Positions 1 to 9,038 of a DNA stretch of 64,000 nucleotides are shown here, piece by piece. The DNA is from a virus. Within the stretch, counting starts at the first letter, position 1; each line of letters starts with the position of its first letter. The stretch covers positions 15,490 through 79,489 of IMG/VR virus record IMGVR_UViG_3300044712_000499. One strand, 5' to 3'. Made by a program: the position numbers and the translations under genes. Below the pieces are notes generated by a model. That model saw nothing but the letters and a program-made list of their open reading frames with translations. It was not told the DNA's origin and did no database searches.

Positions 1-358
1 CTGGCGCAGGGGAAAGGTTCTTAAAGTTGACGTTGCTCCATCCTTGGCGTTTGTGTACTCTTGATAGAGGTAAGTCGTCCCAATTCTCTACCGAGGCGGG
101 AGTAGTACTTGAGTCTGTGTTGTTATCTTGAACTAAGAAAGACTTGTAGGCTTCCGGTGATTGTTCACCCCTAGAGTATAACCTATTGTTATTAAATCTA
201 TTTACATCATTGAACCCCCAAGAGGTCTGATTAGAGCAATACAATGAATATATTCCAAGTGCATTTCCTTTATAATATTCAGGTGTTTCTTTTTTCTTTG
301 GGTCTATATCACGACTAGGGAACTCTTGCCCTTTTAAGTGATCGAGAACTGGAATCAT
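1..358 (-). CDS. Portal protein, N-terminal part (runs off the window edge; not in the ORF track)
   Basis: Open frame from ATG at 358: MIPVLDHLKGQEFPSRDIDPKKKETPEYY...LYSRGEQSPEAYK...GWSNVNFKNLSPAP. It resembles crAss-like portal N-termini, lies directly after terL and has a TATCTTTG promoter at 375-382. Confidence 0.7.
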   Translation of the reverse strand, partial: MIPVLDHLKGQEFPSRDIDPKKKETPEYYKGNALGIYSLYCSNQTSWGFNDVNRFNNNRLYSRGEQSPEAYKSFLVQDNNTDSSTTPASVENWDDLPLSRVHKRQGWSNVNFKNLSPAP

Positions 359-390
359 TGGCTATAATTTTCCACAAAGATACTCACTTT

Positions 391-2913
391 CTAGATATAC
401 CTCTTTCTGAACATACCGATAGAACTTATGTCTAGACTAGGTTGCTTATTCCCCCCTGATATTATTTCTCTATGGCGGGACTGACTACCAAACTTAGCCA
501 TACAGAAAGCAGCAGCAAGGTCAAGGTGTGTCATGGACTCTGGGCCTCGTATAGCCTTAATCTCATTTAGCAGTTTGTCATGGCACTCTGCGTGACCTCT
601 GAACTCTATATGGTCTTTGATTAAACCGAAAGCATCAGACCAAGTATCTGTTGATGTATATCTTCCTGGCATTGGGTTAGGCTTGCCTGTCAAAGTATTA
701 ATATCATAGAGCATATAACCCCACATACCATGTTCTATAAGATAAGTAACAACTCTCTCCACGTTGTACTCAGGATAGCACATCGCCCCAAAGTACTGTA
801 ACGTCATTATCGCATCATCAAAATATTCTTCTTGTGATGCTGGTCTTGCCCTATATACGCATACCACTCTATCACTCTGCCAGTCTAATCTATTTTTACC
901 GCCGTCAATGGTCTTATCATATTCCCAATAGACACAGATACCGCCATCGGATTGACGAGAGTTGCTTGCACTACCAGTGAGTCTACCAATATCCTTAACA
1001 TCCGCTTTCTTAATTGATCTGAAAGGGTCAAGACCACAAGTGAATTTATCTCCTCTTACTGGTTTCCATGCAGGTAGCCATTGCATTTTTATAGGATCAA
1101 AGTAATCACATCTTATCCTTTGGTTGGTTAGCTCTGGCGGGAGTATCATAGATAGTTCCCATTTGCCTTCTACTGAGTCCGCCCAAAGAACTCTACTCTG
1201 ATTGTCGTTAGGATTCTCTCTATAAAGATTCCCTGTTCTATAGGGTTGCTTGTGAATCGTTCTATCCCTATTTATCTCAGCGAGTCTCTTATCTATTATC
1301 TCAAGATTGAATCCTGCGTTACCGGCAGAGCCCAACCAACAGTCCGCCCATTTCATAGGAAATTTTCTTCTTCTTGATCTGTAAGCCTCAAGTGCCTCCG
1401 GTGTTCCTTTAGATAGTAATGAGTCTAATTGAGATTGAAGTGTTTCTCTTGCTCCTTTGCCTGTCAGTGCAAACTTAGCCCTTGGACTATGCGCCATCTG
1501 TCTCTCTGTCGGGTCTTCAATGACAGACTTTCCCCACTTGTCAATATAACCTTCAAGTTTCTTATAGGAAGGAATGAATATCCTTGCAAGTCCCGAATAG
1601 GTCTGTCCAACTACGGGCATCCTCTCATAGAAACAAGATAACTGAGCAAGTTTATAGTATTCTAATCCTGCACCATCCATCTCCTCTACTGTGGACGGGT
1701 GAAGTGAGTAGCCAATAATATTAGTACCACCACCCCTCGACATAGCCATCTTGTTGACACTCCATCTTTCAAAGATAGATGCACGGGAATCTTTGCCTTC
1801 CTCGTCCATAAGGCTGAAGTGGAGCGTGTCTCCGTCGTTTTTGCCTACACCCGCACTTCCCGTAAAATCAATAGTACTCCCAAGTCCTTCAATATTCCAC
1901 ACGTTAGGCGGTTCAATCAACTTGAGAGATGATGGTCTTTTGCTACCCATCCATATAGGCTTAAGAAACATAGGATACTTATTCCATGCAGGAATTAACT
2001 TCTTGTAGTAGTGTTTCTCGGCATTATCCCCCTCCATTGATATGATAGTACCATAGGCGGCTTGCATAGTACTTGTGCCTTTCCATACCTTATGACAACC
2101 TCTCTGCGTTTCCCCTGCCCTCCTGAACTTAGGTGTCATCTCACCAAAAAAAGTTCTACTGCCTACATCAACCATGCGATATGTACCGTCCTCGCTCTTT
2201 ATCGCTTTCCCCGTTTCTGGATGTAGTTCTTGAAAGGTCTCTGTTGTCTCCTCAAGATACTTTGAGAATATAGAGTTCTTTCTATCCTCCTCCCTAAAGT
2301 CAGGATAAACTTCTGATTCTTTGATATACCAAAAGGCAAGATAGTCAAAGTAATCTCCTGATAGATACACGAGTTCTCCGTCATTGAACATCCAAAAGCC
2401 ATTAAGCCTCCACCACCAAATATGTTTTATCCATTGTATCTCGTCCCTATACTTATCTGACTCTTGTTCTAGTATCTCCCAGTACTTCTGATAGATACGA
2501 TACCCTTGCACAACTTCTTGGCGATTACGTACTTCTATTTCATAAAGAGATAGATACGCTCTCTCTTCTAATTTCTTAAGTGTTATAGGTACTTCTGGTC
2601 GTCTCCAAAACTGATCGTCTTTAGGTAATCCATAGTTTGTTATTAACTCTTCCTTTGGGGGTTGTGGTGTAGAAATAAAAATCGGGATTAAATCTTCATC
2701 GTCTAGGTTCACTCCAACATAATAGGGTGTATTCTTTGGTGGGGCATCACCTAAAAACTTAAGCTGACCAATGTCATAATCTCCGTAAGGATTAAAGTCT
2801 GCCGGTAGGTTTCCACTCTCCCTATAGTATTTAACTATCTGTTCAGGACGTATGCCTAGTTCTACTCGGTCAATTAAATCAGTATCTAACTCTTCTTTTT
2901 TCTTTCTCGCCAT
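391..2913 (-). CDS. terL: Terminase large subunit (crAss-like/Bacteroidota phage type)
   Basis: Walker A-like KFRRAGET, Walker B LMDEEGK, C-terminal RNase H-like GLDPF...DLAAAFCMA. The track start at 2934 (TTG) overlaps the promoter, so the ATG at 2913 (MARKKKEE) is more likely. Confidence 0.88.
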   Translation of the reverse strand: MARKKKEELDTDLIDRVELGIRPEQIVKYYRESGNLPADFNPYGDYDIGQLKFLGDAPPKNTPYYVGVNLDDEDLIPIFISTPQPPKEELITNYGLPKDDQFWRRPEVPITLKKLEERAYLSLYEIEVRNRQEVVQGYRIYQKYWEILEQESDKYRDEIQWIKHIWWWRLNGFWMFNDGELVYLSGDYFDYLAFWYIKESEVYPDFREEDRKNSIFSKYLEETTETFQELHPETGKAIKSEDGTYRMVDVGSRTFFGEMTPKFRRAGETQRGCHKVWKGTSTMQAAYGTIISMEGDNAEKHYYKKLIPAWNKYPMFLKPIWMGSKRPSSLKLIEPPNVWNIEGLGSTIDFTGSAGVGKNDGDTLHFSLMDEEGKDSRASIFERWSVNKMAMSRGGGTNIIGYSLHPSTVEEMDGAGLEYYKLAQLSCFYERMPVVGQTYSGLARIFIPSYKKLEGYIDKWGKSVIEDPTERQMAHSPRAKFALTGKGARETLQSQLDSLLSKGTPEALEAYRSRRRKFPMKWADCWLGSAGNAGFNLEIIDKRLAEINRDRTIHKQPYRTGNLYRENPNDNQSRVLWADSVEGKWELSMILPPELTNQRIRCDYFDPIKMQWLPAWKPVRGDKFTCGLDPFRSIKKADVKDIGRLTGSASNSRQSDGGICVYWEYDKTIDGGKNRLDWQSDRVVCVYRARPASQEEYFDDAIMTLQYFGAMCYPEYNVERVVTYLIEHGMWGYMLYDINTLTGKPNPMPGRYTSTDTWSDAFGLIKDHIEFRGHAECHDKLLNEIKAIRGPESMTHLDLAAAFCMAKFGSQSRHREIISGGNKQPSLDISSIGMFRKRYI

Positions 2914-2931
2914 CCATCTCTTGTTTGAATG

Positions 2932-2939
2932 CAAAGATA
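2932..2939 (-). promoter_or_regulatory. Bacteroidota sigma70-type -7 element (TATCTTTG) for terL
   Basis: Exact TAnnTTTG match 19 nt upstream of the ATG. Equivalent minus-strand boxes at 375-382, 6660-6667, 11403-11410, 12731-12738, 12783-12790, 14737-14744, 16316-16323 and 56218-56225. Confidence 0.75.
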
Positions 2940-3030
2940 CTAACTTTGGTGGGACTCATTAAATAGTCTTAGATAGTAGTAGTATTACTATCATTATTAG
3001 GATATTCTTAATGCTTTAGCGGGGTCGGAA

Positions 3031-3333
3031 TTATTCTATTTCTCCGGTTCTTCGAGCCTCATTAATGTCATCATGTATTTCGTGATATTCCTCTTCCTCT
3101 ATTTCCTCGTCTGTTACATCCCTTACTGCTTTCTGACATCCTCTAATATGACCCTTGTAATAGCCACATTCAGGGCAGTTATCCTTGCTTACTGTAGAAT
3201 CAAAGTATAAACCAAGCATTAATGTTTGCTCTTCTACCCACTTATCAAATTCAATAGGTTTCATTGTTTGCATGTCGTAATCATGCGCCCTGTATAGAGC
3301 ATTTGTAATATATTGTATTAAATCTTCTTTCAT
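3031..3333 (-). CDS. Hypothetical protein with CxxC...H..C cluster (possible small terminase by position only)
   Basis: 100-aa ORF, CPECGYYKGHIRGC, acidic tail, upstream of terL. Confidence 0.55.
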   Translation of the reverse strand: MKEDLIQYITNALYRAHDYDMQTMKPIEFDKWVEEQTLMLGLYFDSTVSKDNCPECGYYKGHIRGCQKAVRDVTDEEIEEEEYHEIHDDINEARRTGEIE

Positions 3334-3338
3334 AAGTT

Positions 3339-3539
3339 TTACAGTATTGTAACTTTAGTAGCTTTAACCGTTTCTGCTGTCTGTGGATTAATAATAAGAA
3401 CTCTTTCTGTCTTAATTTTTACTCCGAGATGTGAAGATATTGCTGTTAAGTGCCTGTCTTCTTTATTGCTGTAAAACCACTTTCCTTCTTTTAGGGTGGT
3501 CATTGCAATACTTTCAAGTGTGTGTTTTTGTTTTGACAT
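3339..3539 (-). CDS. Hypothetical protein
   Basis: 66-aa ORF packed into the operon. Confidence 0.6.
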   Translation of the reverse strand: MSKQKHTLESIAMTTLKEGKWFYSNKEDRHLTAISSHLGVKIKTERVLIINPQTAETVKATKVTIL

Positions 3540-3604
3540 AGTGTTGATTATTAAGTTAATATCACTGTTTTTGCATTATATCATTACCGGTGTTAGCGTG
3601 CATT

Positions 3605-3799
3605 TTATATCTTATCTTTCCAAATTAAAATTATAGCACCTATTGCCTCAAGTCCAAACATTGATACCAGCATAAGCATCATGGCTTTTCCAAAGTTCAT
3701 TATATAATCTTCTGTTGTAATACAGAAATAGATATTTATTAAGTTAGCCATTAGGCATATTAAAAATATCGTCCAAAATACTTTCTCTCCTTTATCCAT
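3605..3799 (-). CDS. Small membrane protein (2 TM)
   Basis: Two hydrophobic stretches; overlaps the neighbouring gene. Confidence 0.6.
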   Translation of the reverse strand: MDKGEKVFWTIFLICLMANLINIYFCITTEDYIMNFGKAMMLMLVSMFGLEAIGAIILIWKDKI

Positions 3800-4097
3800 C
3801 TTTTATGTTTTTAATATAATTACTAATTCTTTCAACTAAGTCCCATCTCAACTTCCCGCAAATTTCTTCGTTAGCTTTTATATAATCAAGATTATCTTTA
3901 TCTATGTCTATTTTAGATAATATAATATGAAGCGTCTCCCTCACCTCTTTATCGCATGGCATCACTAAGCTCGTGGCCTTATATTCCTCCATACACTCCA
4001 ATACGCTCCGTCTAGAATACCAATTTCTTTCAGGCATAACATTCCCCTCGCTAACTAGAGAAACGCAGTTATCCAATATTTCTTCTGCTGTTTTCAT
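3792..4097 (-). CDS. Hypothetical protein
   Basis: MKTAEEIL...CMEEY start typical of small Bacteroidota phage ORFs. Confidence 0.6.
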   Translation of the reverse strand: MKTAEEILDNCVSLVSEGNVMPERNWYSRRSVLECMEEYKATSLVMPCDKEVRETLHIILSKIDIDKDNLDYIKANEEICGKLRWDLVERISNYIKNIKDG

Positions 4098-4118
4098 TAT
4101 TAGAGATTTATTAGAGAT

Positions 4119-4334
4119 TTAGTAGAAGATTATCAACCAAATTATCCAAAACAAAGAATAGCAAAATATTGGAATTACTGCTCCTATTGCAGAACCAATG
4201 CTTCCATAATCGCCTCCGCTTGGTTTTGTCGCATAACGTAACCAAACATACCAAACTATTGTTGCAATTATTACAATTACCCATTTAATGTGTATTGTTA
4301 CCATAGTCTTAAATTTTGACCAAAGATAAAACAC
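4119..4334 (-). CDS. Small membrane protein (2 TM, Gly-rich loop)
   Basis: Hydrophobic helices flanking KPSGGDYGSIGSAIG. True start may be an internal Met. Confidence 0.55.
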   Translation of the reverse strand: MFYLWSKFKTMVTIHIKWVIVIIATIVWYVWLRYATKPSGGDYGSIGSAIGAVIPIFCYSLFWIIWLIIFY

Positions 4335-4361
4335 ATAAATGACAAATCCAAATATTTCTGA

Positions 4362-4841
4362 TTATATTTTACAAGCAATAGCCACTTTCTTATACACAAC
4401 ACCCCTTGACATGTCGTGCCACTGCTTCTTGAACTTCTTAATTGAAATCATCTCTATCCCTCCTGTAGCAGGATCAAAGAAGTATAGCCTTTGGCGGGCA
4501 TAGCCTATCAGAACTACATAGTGTCCATGCTCCCATGTGTTGTACCAACTCAGTTCTTTCTGGTTCTGTATAAGACATACTATTGGTATCTCTTTTCGTA
4601 TATACTTTTTAATGCGAGAAATGTCGTTGCGGAAATAGTCGCAACTTAAGCCTAGCCTTTTCGTTACTTTAATAAAACGCTTAACCGATGTCCCGTGTAT
4701 AGGGGAAGTCTTTAGCAGCGATGTTACATTTTTGTAACTTACATTTTTGTTATAATATTTCAATATGCACCAAAGGGCTGCTACGCCACAGTCGTAATCA
4801 CTCTTCTGCTCTCGTATAGGAAAGTTAGGAATGTTTTGCAT
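4362..4841 (-). CDS. Stand-alone C39-family cysteine peptidase
   Basis: QKSDYDCGVAAL (Q..DCG.A catalytic Cys), GHYVVLIG (His), FFDPATG (Asp). Confidence 0.85.
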   Translation of the reverse strand: MQNIPNFPIREQKSDYDCGVAALWCILKYYNKNVSYKNVTSLLKTSPIHGTSVKRFIKVTKRLGLSCDYFRNDISRIKKYIRKEIPIVCLIQNQKELSWYNTWEHGHYVVLIGYARQRLYFFDPATGGIEMISIKKFKKQWHDMSRGVVYKKVAIACKI

Positions 4842-4853
4842 AAGACAAAGATA

Positions 4854-5510
4854 CTACACTTTCACATACCTATTGGTAATGCCGTACTCATCTAGTGCAG
4901 TAATATATCTTTGGTGTGCCTCTTCGTAGGTATCGTAATAACCGAGTGTCTTGCTTTTTTTATTTATCCTTATCGCAGCCATCCATCGTCCATTGGTATA
5001 ACAACATCCTTTTGCTCCGCCTATAGCATGACTGTAATTTTCCCTATTAGTAACGTATTCTAAGTTCTCAATGCAATTATTTCGTGGGTTATTATCTATG
5101 TGATTTACTTGCAGGTCGCTTGCCCCACAAAAGGCTTCCATAACTAATCGGTGAACTAAATAAGAACTAACATGAGTAATAATACTAAGATACCTACCAT
5201 TAATACTTGGATGAGTTAAGATCAGTTGCTCTCTCCCCTCTCTTCTAAAATTTAACGACTTAACTCGCCCTTTATTGCTTACAACATAACCTTTTCCAAG
5301 CGTAGGTGAAGAAGCCCATATCTCACCGTCTAAATCCATCACATAATTAGACACCCCTAACTCAAGTTTTTTAATTTCTCTCGCTATTATGGCATCTTCC
5401 TCTGTGTCAAAATAACCCAAATTATATCGAGTCCCATTATGCTCTATAACACAACGCCATCTTTCGTTGCCATTTTTAGTAATACCTGTGTGTTTTGAAT
5501 ACTTTCCCAT
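4854..5510 (-). CDS. HNH homing endonuclease with NUMOD4 and flanking AP2 domains
   Basis: AP2-like LGYFDTEEDA and LGYYDTYEEA, NUMOD4 YVVSNKGRVKS, HNH VHRLV...VNHIDNNPRNNCIENLE. Confidence 0.88.
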   Translation of the reverse strand: MGKYSKHTGITKNGNERWRCVIEHNGTRYNLGYFDTEEDAIIAREIKKLELGVSNYVMDLDGEIWASSPTLGKGYVVSNKGRVKSLNFRREGREQLILTHPSINGRYLSIITHVSSYLVHRLVMEAFCGASDLQVNHIDNNPRNNCIENLEYVTNRENYSHAIGGAKGCCYTNGRWMAAIRINKKSKTLGYYDTYEEAHQRYITALDEYGITNRYVKV

Positions 5511-5545
5511 TGCTTTAATATTTTACGTGTCGGATGTAAAGATAC

Positions 5546-5574
5546 AAAAAAGAAATGACTCCCGAAAGAGTCAC
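5546..5574 (-). terminator. Rho-independent terminator
   Basis: TGACTC-ccgaaa-GAGTCA stem followed by a U-tract on the minus strand. Confidence 0.7.
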
Positions 5575-5608
5575 TTCAACAATGGGGTTTTGGTTGACAC
5601 GTAAAACC

Positions 5609-6085
5609 CTAATTAAGCTGATTTTCTTCTAAAAGCATATATACTGCTGTGTAGTCGTGACTGACTAAAATTCTTATCATGTCCCAACCTCCGTCTGAAT
5701 ATAAAATCCAGGTATAGGCACTATTCCCATCATGGTTATAAGGGTAGCAATAGGCTATGGCAGCCTTGCCTATCGTAATCTCTGTGGTAGCTAATGTGGG
5801 GTCGTTGTCAATAAACTTATTAAAGGTTACATCCTTAGAGCCTATATCAGTATCTGCCGCATCGGTAATATTACTTAAAGCCGTATCCCATATCTTCATC
5901 CATGCACCTCCGTCTCTCGAATTAGAATGGTTATCGAAGAATCGCATCCTCTGTTTGTCCTCAAAGTCAGAAGTGATCTCATACATTCTGTTGGTATTCA
6001 GAAGGTATAGATTACCATCGGTCTTGTCGGGGACTCTACGCCCTCCGTCAATCCTCCAATCCTCTACTATTGTTAATAGAAACAT
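5609..6085 (-). CDS. Hypothetical protein (paralogue of 6104-6622)
   Basis: Shares L.N.NR, FFDN...R.G, IAY...YN...Y.W..Y..G and LLE blocks with its neighbour. Confidence 0.7.
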   Translation of the reverse strand: MFLLTIVEDWRIDGGRRVPDKTDGNLYLLNTNRMYEITSDFEDKQRMRFFDNHSNSRDGGAWMKIWDTALSNITDAADTDIGSKDVTFNKFIDNDPTLATTEITIGKAAIAYCYPYNHDGNSAYTWILYSDGGWDMIRILVSHDYTAVYMLLEENQLN

Positions 6086-6103
6086 ATCTGTAGAATTAAA
6101 GGA

Positions 6104-6622
6104 TTACTGTTCTGTACTAGATGTGGTTGTTCCTGATTCGAGAAGGTCTTCTATATCCTCAAGTGAATATTTGACAAGAACCTCTCTGCGTTTAAATGCC
6201 CCGTTTCGATAGCACATCCACACATATTCAGTGGGTCTCGGATTGTACCTGTCAAAGTAAGCAATACAACTTACCGGTAATGTGGTATCCACTGTCAGAG
6301 CATCGGGGTTATTGTGCTTGCAAATAGGTAAAGTAACCATGTTTGAATGAAAAGGGACATCGTCTGTAGCTATAATGGTTGCTACTGCAATGTAGGCTTT
6401 ACCATAACTCCACCCTTCTCTCCTATCTACCTCATTATCGAAGAACTTAAACCAAGAAGTGGGAACTTGAATTGTTGAATCGTTGCCCTCGATAAGATCA
6501 CTAATCCTATTGGGGTTGATAAGAAACTCACGATAGCCTAAAAGCCTTTCGTCGAGAGGTGATACACGGTAAGCAGAATCACGCTTATCGCTCCAAGAAT
6601 AAAATTTTGTATTTACAAACAT
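6104..6622 (-). CDS. Hypothetical protein (paralogue of 5609-6085), Ser/Thr-rich tail
   Basis: As above; ends SGTTTSSTEQ; own promoter at 6660-6667. Confidence 0.7.
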   Translation of the reverse strand: MFVNTKFYSWSDKRDSAYRVSPLDERLLGYREFLINPNRISDLIEGNDSTIQVPTSWFKFFDNEVDRREGWSYGKAYIAVATIIATDDVPFHSNMVTLPICKHNNPDALTVDTTLPVSCIAYFDRYNPRPTEYVWMCYRNGAFKRREVLVKYSLEDIEDLLESGTTTSSTEQ

Positions 6623-6698
6623 TTTTTTACGTTTTAAATTATCTTATAAATCTTGGATGCAAAGATAACTAAAACTTAGAATATGACTTTAGCGGGTC

Positions 6699-7541
6699 TT
6701 AAAGACCACAGTATCCGCTATCACAATCAGTAAAGTCTGAGAAGGTTAACTCAGCGTAAGGCTTCCACGCATTTATCTGCTTAAACGTAATTTCTTTTCT
6801 AAATCTATTGCCGGTTTCATCCTCTTTACGTTCAAACCACTTCATCTTATCCGAATTATTTCTATTCATCATTGAAAGAAGTAATGGATTCTTGTGAAAG
6901 CAACCAACACAGTTGTTGTAATAACCTTCAATAAATGGCACTGGTTTATTTTTCCAATAGGCATCTACCATATCCTTTCTTATTCTATTCTCTATAAGAG
7001 GGAACTTAGGTATTCTCCATGCTATGTCTCCCCATTTATTCTGACTCTTGCGGGTTCCTACAATAGCTTTATAAGTATCAAGACCTTCACTGTTTAACTT
7101 ATCTTGCATCCTTACCATCCTATCTTCCTCTCCAAACCTAAACCCAATGTTCATATAACAAATATCCTTAACATAGCGTTGCCACCACTCAAAAATAGGT
7201 TTCATTTTAAGTTCAGTAGTACAATAACGAGCCATTAGATTGGGCAGATAATTACCTTTCTTCTTGATAATATCATCAAAGGTTTCTCCGCTAACCCAAA
7301 AGATTTCTCTCCCTATAAACTGCTCTAGTTCTAACATTATGGGTATAATAGCATCCATTTCTAAGGTTCCTATAAAATCTTTCTGTAGTTTAAGAGAAAC
7401 GGTCTTTCTTATTCCTTTGTCGGGATATTTTAACTTCTTGTCATTCGTTCTGACCAAGGCAAAGACATCATAGTCCGCAGGATAGTTCTTTGCGATATAA
7501 GACGAACTCTTACCTCCCGATAAGCTATTTATTGTTTTCAT
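6699..7541 (-). CDS. PAPS-reductase-like / adenine-nucleotide alpha hydrolase family protein
   Basis: PP-loop SLSGGKSS, RYCTTELK, NCVGCF, C-terminal CDSGYC. Confidence 0.8.
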   Translation of the reverse strand: MKTINSLSGGKSSSYIAKNYPADYDVFALVRTNDKKLKYPDKGIRKTVSLKLQKDFIGTLEMDAIIPIMLELEQFIGREIFWVSGETFDDIIKKKGNYLPNLMARYCTTELKMKPIFEWWQRYVKDICYMNIGFRFGEEDRMVRMQDKLNSEGLDTYKAIVGTRKSQNKWGDIAWRIPKFPLIENRIRKDMVDAYWKNKPVPFIEGYYNNCVGCFHKNPLLLSMMNRNNSDKMKWFERKEDETGNRFRKEITFKQINAWKPYAELTFSDFTDCDSGYCGL

Positions 7542-7879
7542 TAATCTTCTCCTAATAAATAAGTTTTCTCTGGCGTGGTTATAGAAACCCTTCTTTGTTT
7601 AAATTTAATCATTAGCCTATCCGCTAGCTCCCACGCATCATAAATCAATCGTTGTTTTTCTTTGGGAAACCTTGCATAGCTAATAAACCCAACTATTGCG
7701 CCGTCTTCCCATCCGTCTTTGTAAACAAACCTTGTGGGTGTTATGGTAACACAATTACCTGGGTATTGGCAATATCTATAACAGACATCATAAACCTCAT
7801 TGATGTTGTGCCTAATATCAGAATATTCTTCTCTTAGTCCAATCCATATCTGTATGTTAAAAGAATCAACTGTTTTCAT
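7541..7879 (-). CDS. Conserved-looking phage hypothetical protein
   Basis: Translationally coupled on both sides; CVTITPT.F.Y..G.E.G pattern. Confidence 0.65.
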   Translation of the reverse strand: MKTVDSFNIQIWIGLREEYSDIRHNINEVYDVCYRYCQYPGNCVTITPTRFVYKDGWEDGAIVGFISYARFPKEKQRLIYDAWELADRLMIKFKQRRVSITTPEKTYLLGED

Positions 7880-8886
7880 CTTGTCTTAATTGGTAAATTG
7901 AACTGTTCGGAAAACCAAGACAGATCATGAGTGAATATCTGCTTATTTCTCGCTCGTATCTTAAGTACGTTAGCGTAGTTTTTCTTAATTAGAGTTCTTG
8001 CTTTGTTAAGGTTTAATTCAGGGTATAGGAAGTTAGATATTTTATTCCTTTGGTCGGCATCCATAACCATAGTTTCGAGTACCCACAATCTATTCCAGAA
8101 CATCTTCAAGGGACTTCGTGGCCCCTTCTCGTACCTATTAACTCCCTCTCTGTTGAAGAAATGAGTTGCCTCTACATCTGGCATGAGATAGCATCCGCCA
8201 CCTACCAGCCAACTCTTTAAACTAAGATGAGGCTCAAGTGTACCCCATTGGATGTGCCCCTGCCACCTCACTTTAGGGTCAGTGTCAAAGCCACCAATGA
8301 ACTGATAGTATCTCTTTGATGTCCAATAAAAGGCTCCCATTAGACATGAGATAGGACTTATGTCGTCTGATACAACATCTGTCTTCCATCTGCCTTTGAA
8401 TATATCAGCGTAGTTAGGCTTTTGACGGAGCTTAGAGAAAGGTGGAAGGTCGTCTTTGTCAACAGTTATAACTAGGTCTGCCCCGTAACGCTTATGAAAG
8501 TTACCATCTTTGTCGGGCTTATCTCCTATGCAGACTGCACAGCCTATTGAGTTAGGTCTCTCTGTTACTGCTTTTATTACTTTGGTATCCCATCCCTTTT
8601 GAGTGTAGATATCGCATCCAAGTATGACTATAATTTCTCCTTTGGCGGCTTCCACCCCTCTATCCAGTGAGTAGCCGACACCACGAGAGATAGGATTCTG
8701 AATAACCCTTACGACTGAATTATCAATCATTAACGGCCTAAACTTGCCATTATGACTGAAAGAACCGTCATTAACGATGATAATTTCAATATCCGAGTTA
8801 TCCTCGGCAGTTGCTAGCAGGTTGTTTACGACGTTATGAACCTGCTCATCGTCATTTTTAAAAGGGATCACAACGCTAACGGTCAT
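7876..8886 (-). CDS. GT-A glycosyltransferase (GT2 N-terminus; C-terminal half resembles polypeptide GalNAc-transferases)
   Basis: VSVVIPFKN, EIIIVNDGS, GVGYSLDRGVEAAKGE, then SCLMGAF...IGGFD...WGTLEPHLSLKSWLVGG...P...H.F. Confidence 0.8.
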   Translation of the reverse strand: MTVSVVIPFKNDDEQVHNVVNNLLATAEDNSDIEIIIVNDGSFSHNGKFRPLMIDNSVVRVIQNPISRGVGYSLDRGVEAAKGEIIVILGCDIYTQKGWDTKVIKAVTERPNSIGCAVCIGDKPDKDGNFHKRYGADLVITVDKDDLPPFSKLRQKPNYADIFKGRWKTDVVSDDISPISCLMGAFYWTSKRYYQFIGGFDTDPKVRWQGHIQWGTLEPHLSLKSWLVGGGCYLMPDVEATHFFNREGVNRYEKGPRSPLKMFWNRLWVLETMVMDADQRNKISNFLYPELNLNKARTLIKKNYANVLKIRARNKQIFTHDLSWFSEQFNLPIKTR

Positions 8887-9038
8887 CTTCTGTAATATTG
8901 TAAGTTATACCACACTCTGTACAAATAGCTTTAGCGTCTACATCAAACAACTCGGATACAAGATCAACCTTTCTATCTGTAAGAAATCCAAAAGTGTGTA
9001 AGTGCATTAGTGCTTCTGTGGCAACGTTTTCATTCATT

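Noticed and set aside
4100-4121. 11-bp tandem duplication TTAGAGATTTA
   Set aside because: Only two copies at a gene end; probably slippage.
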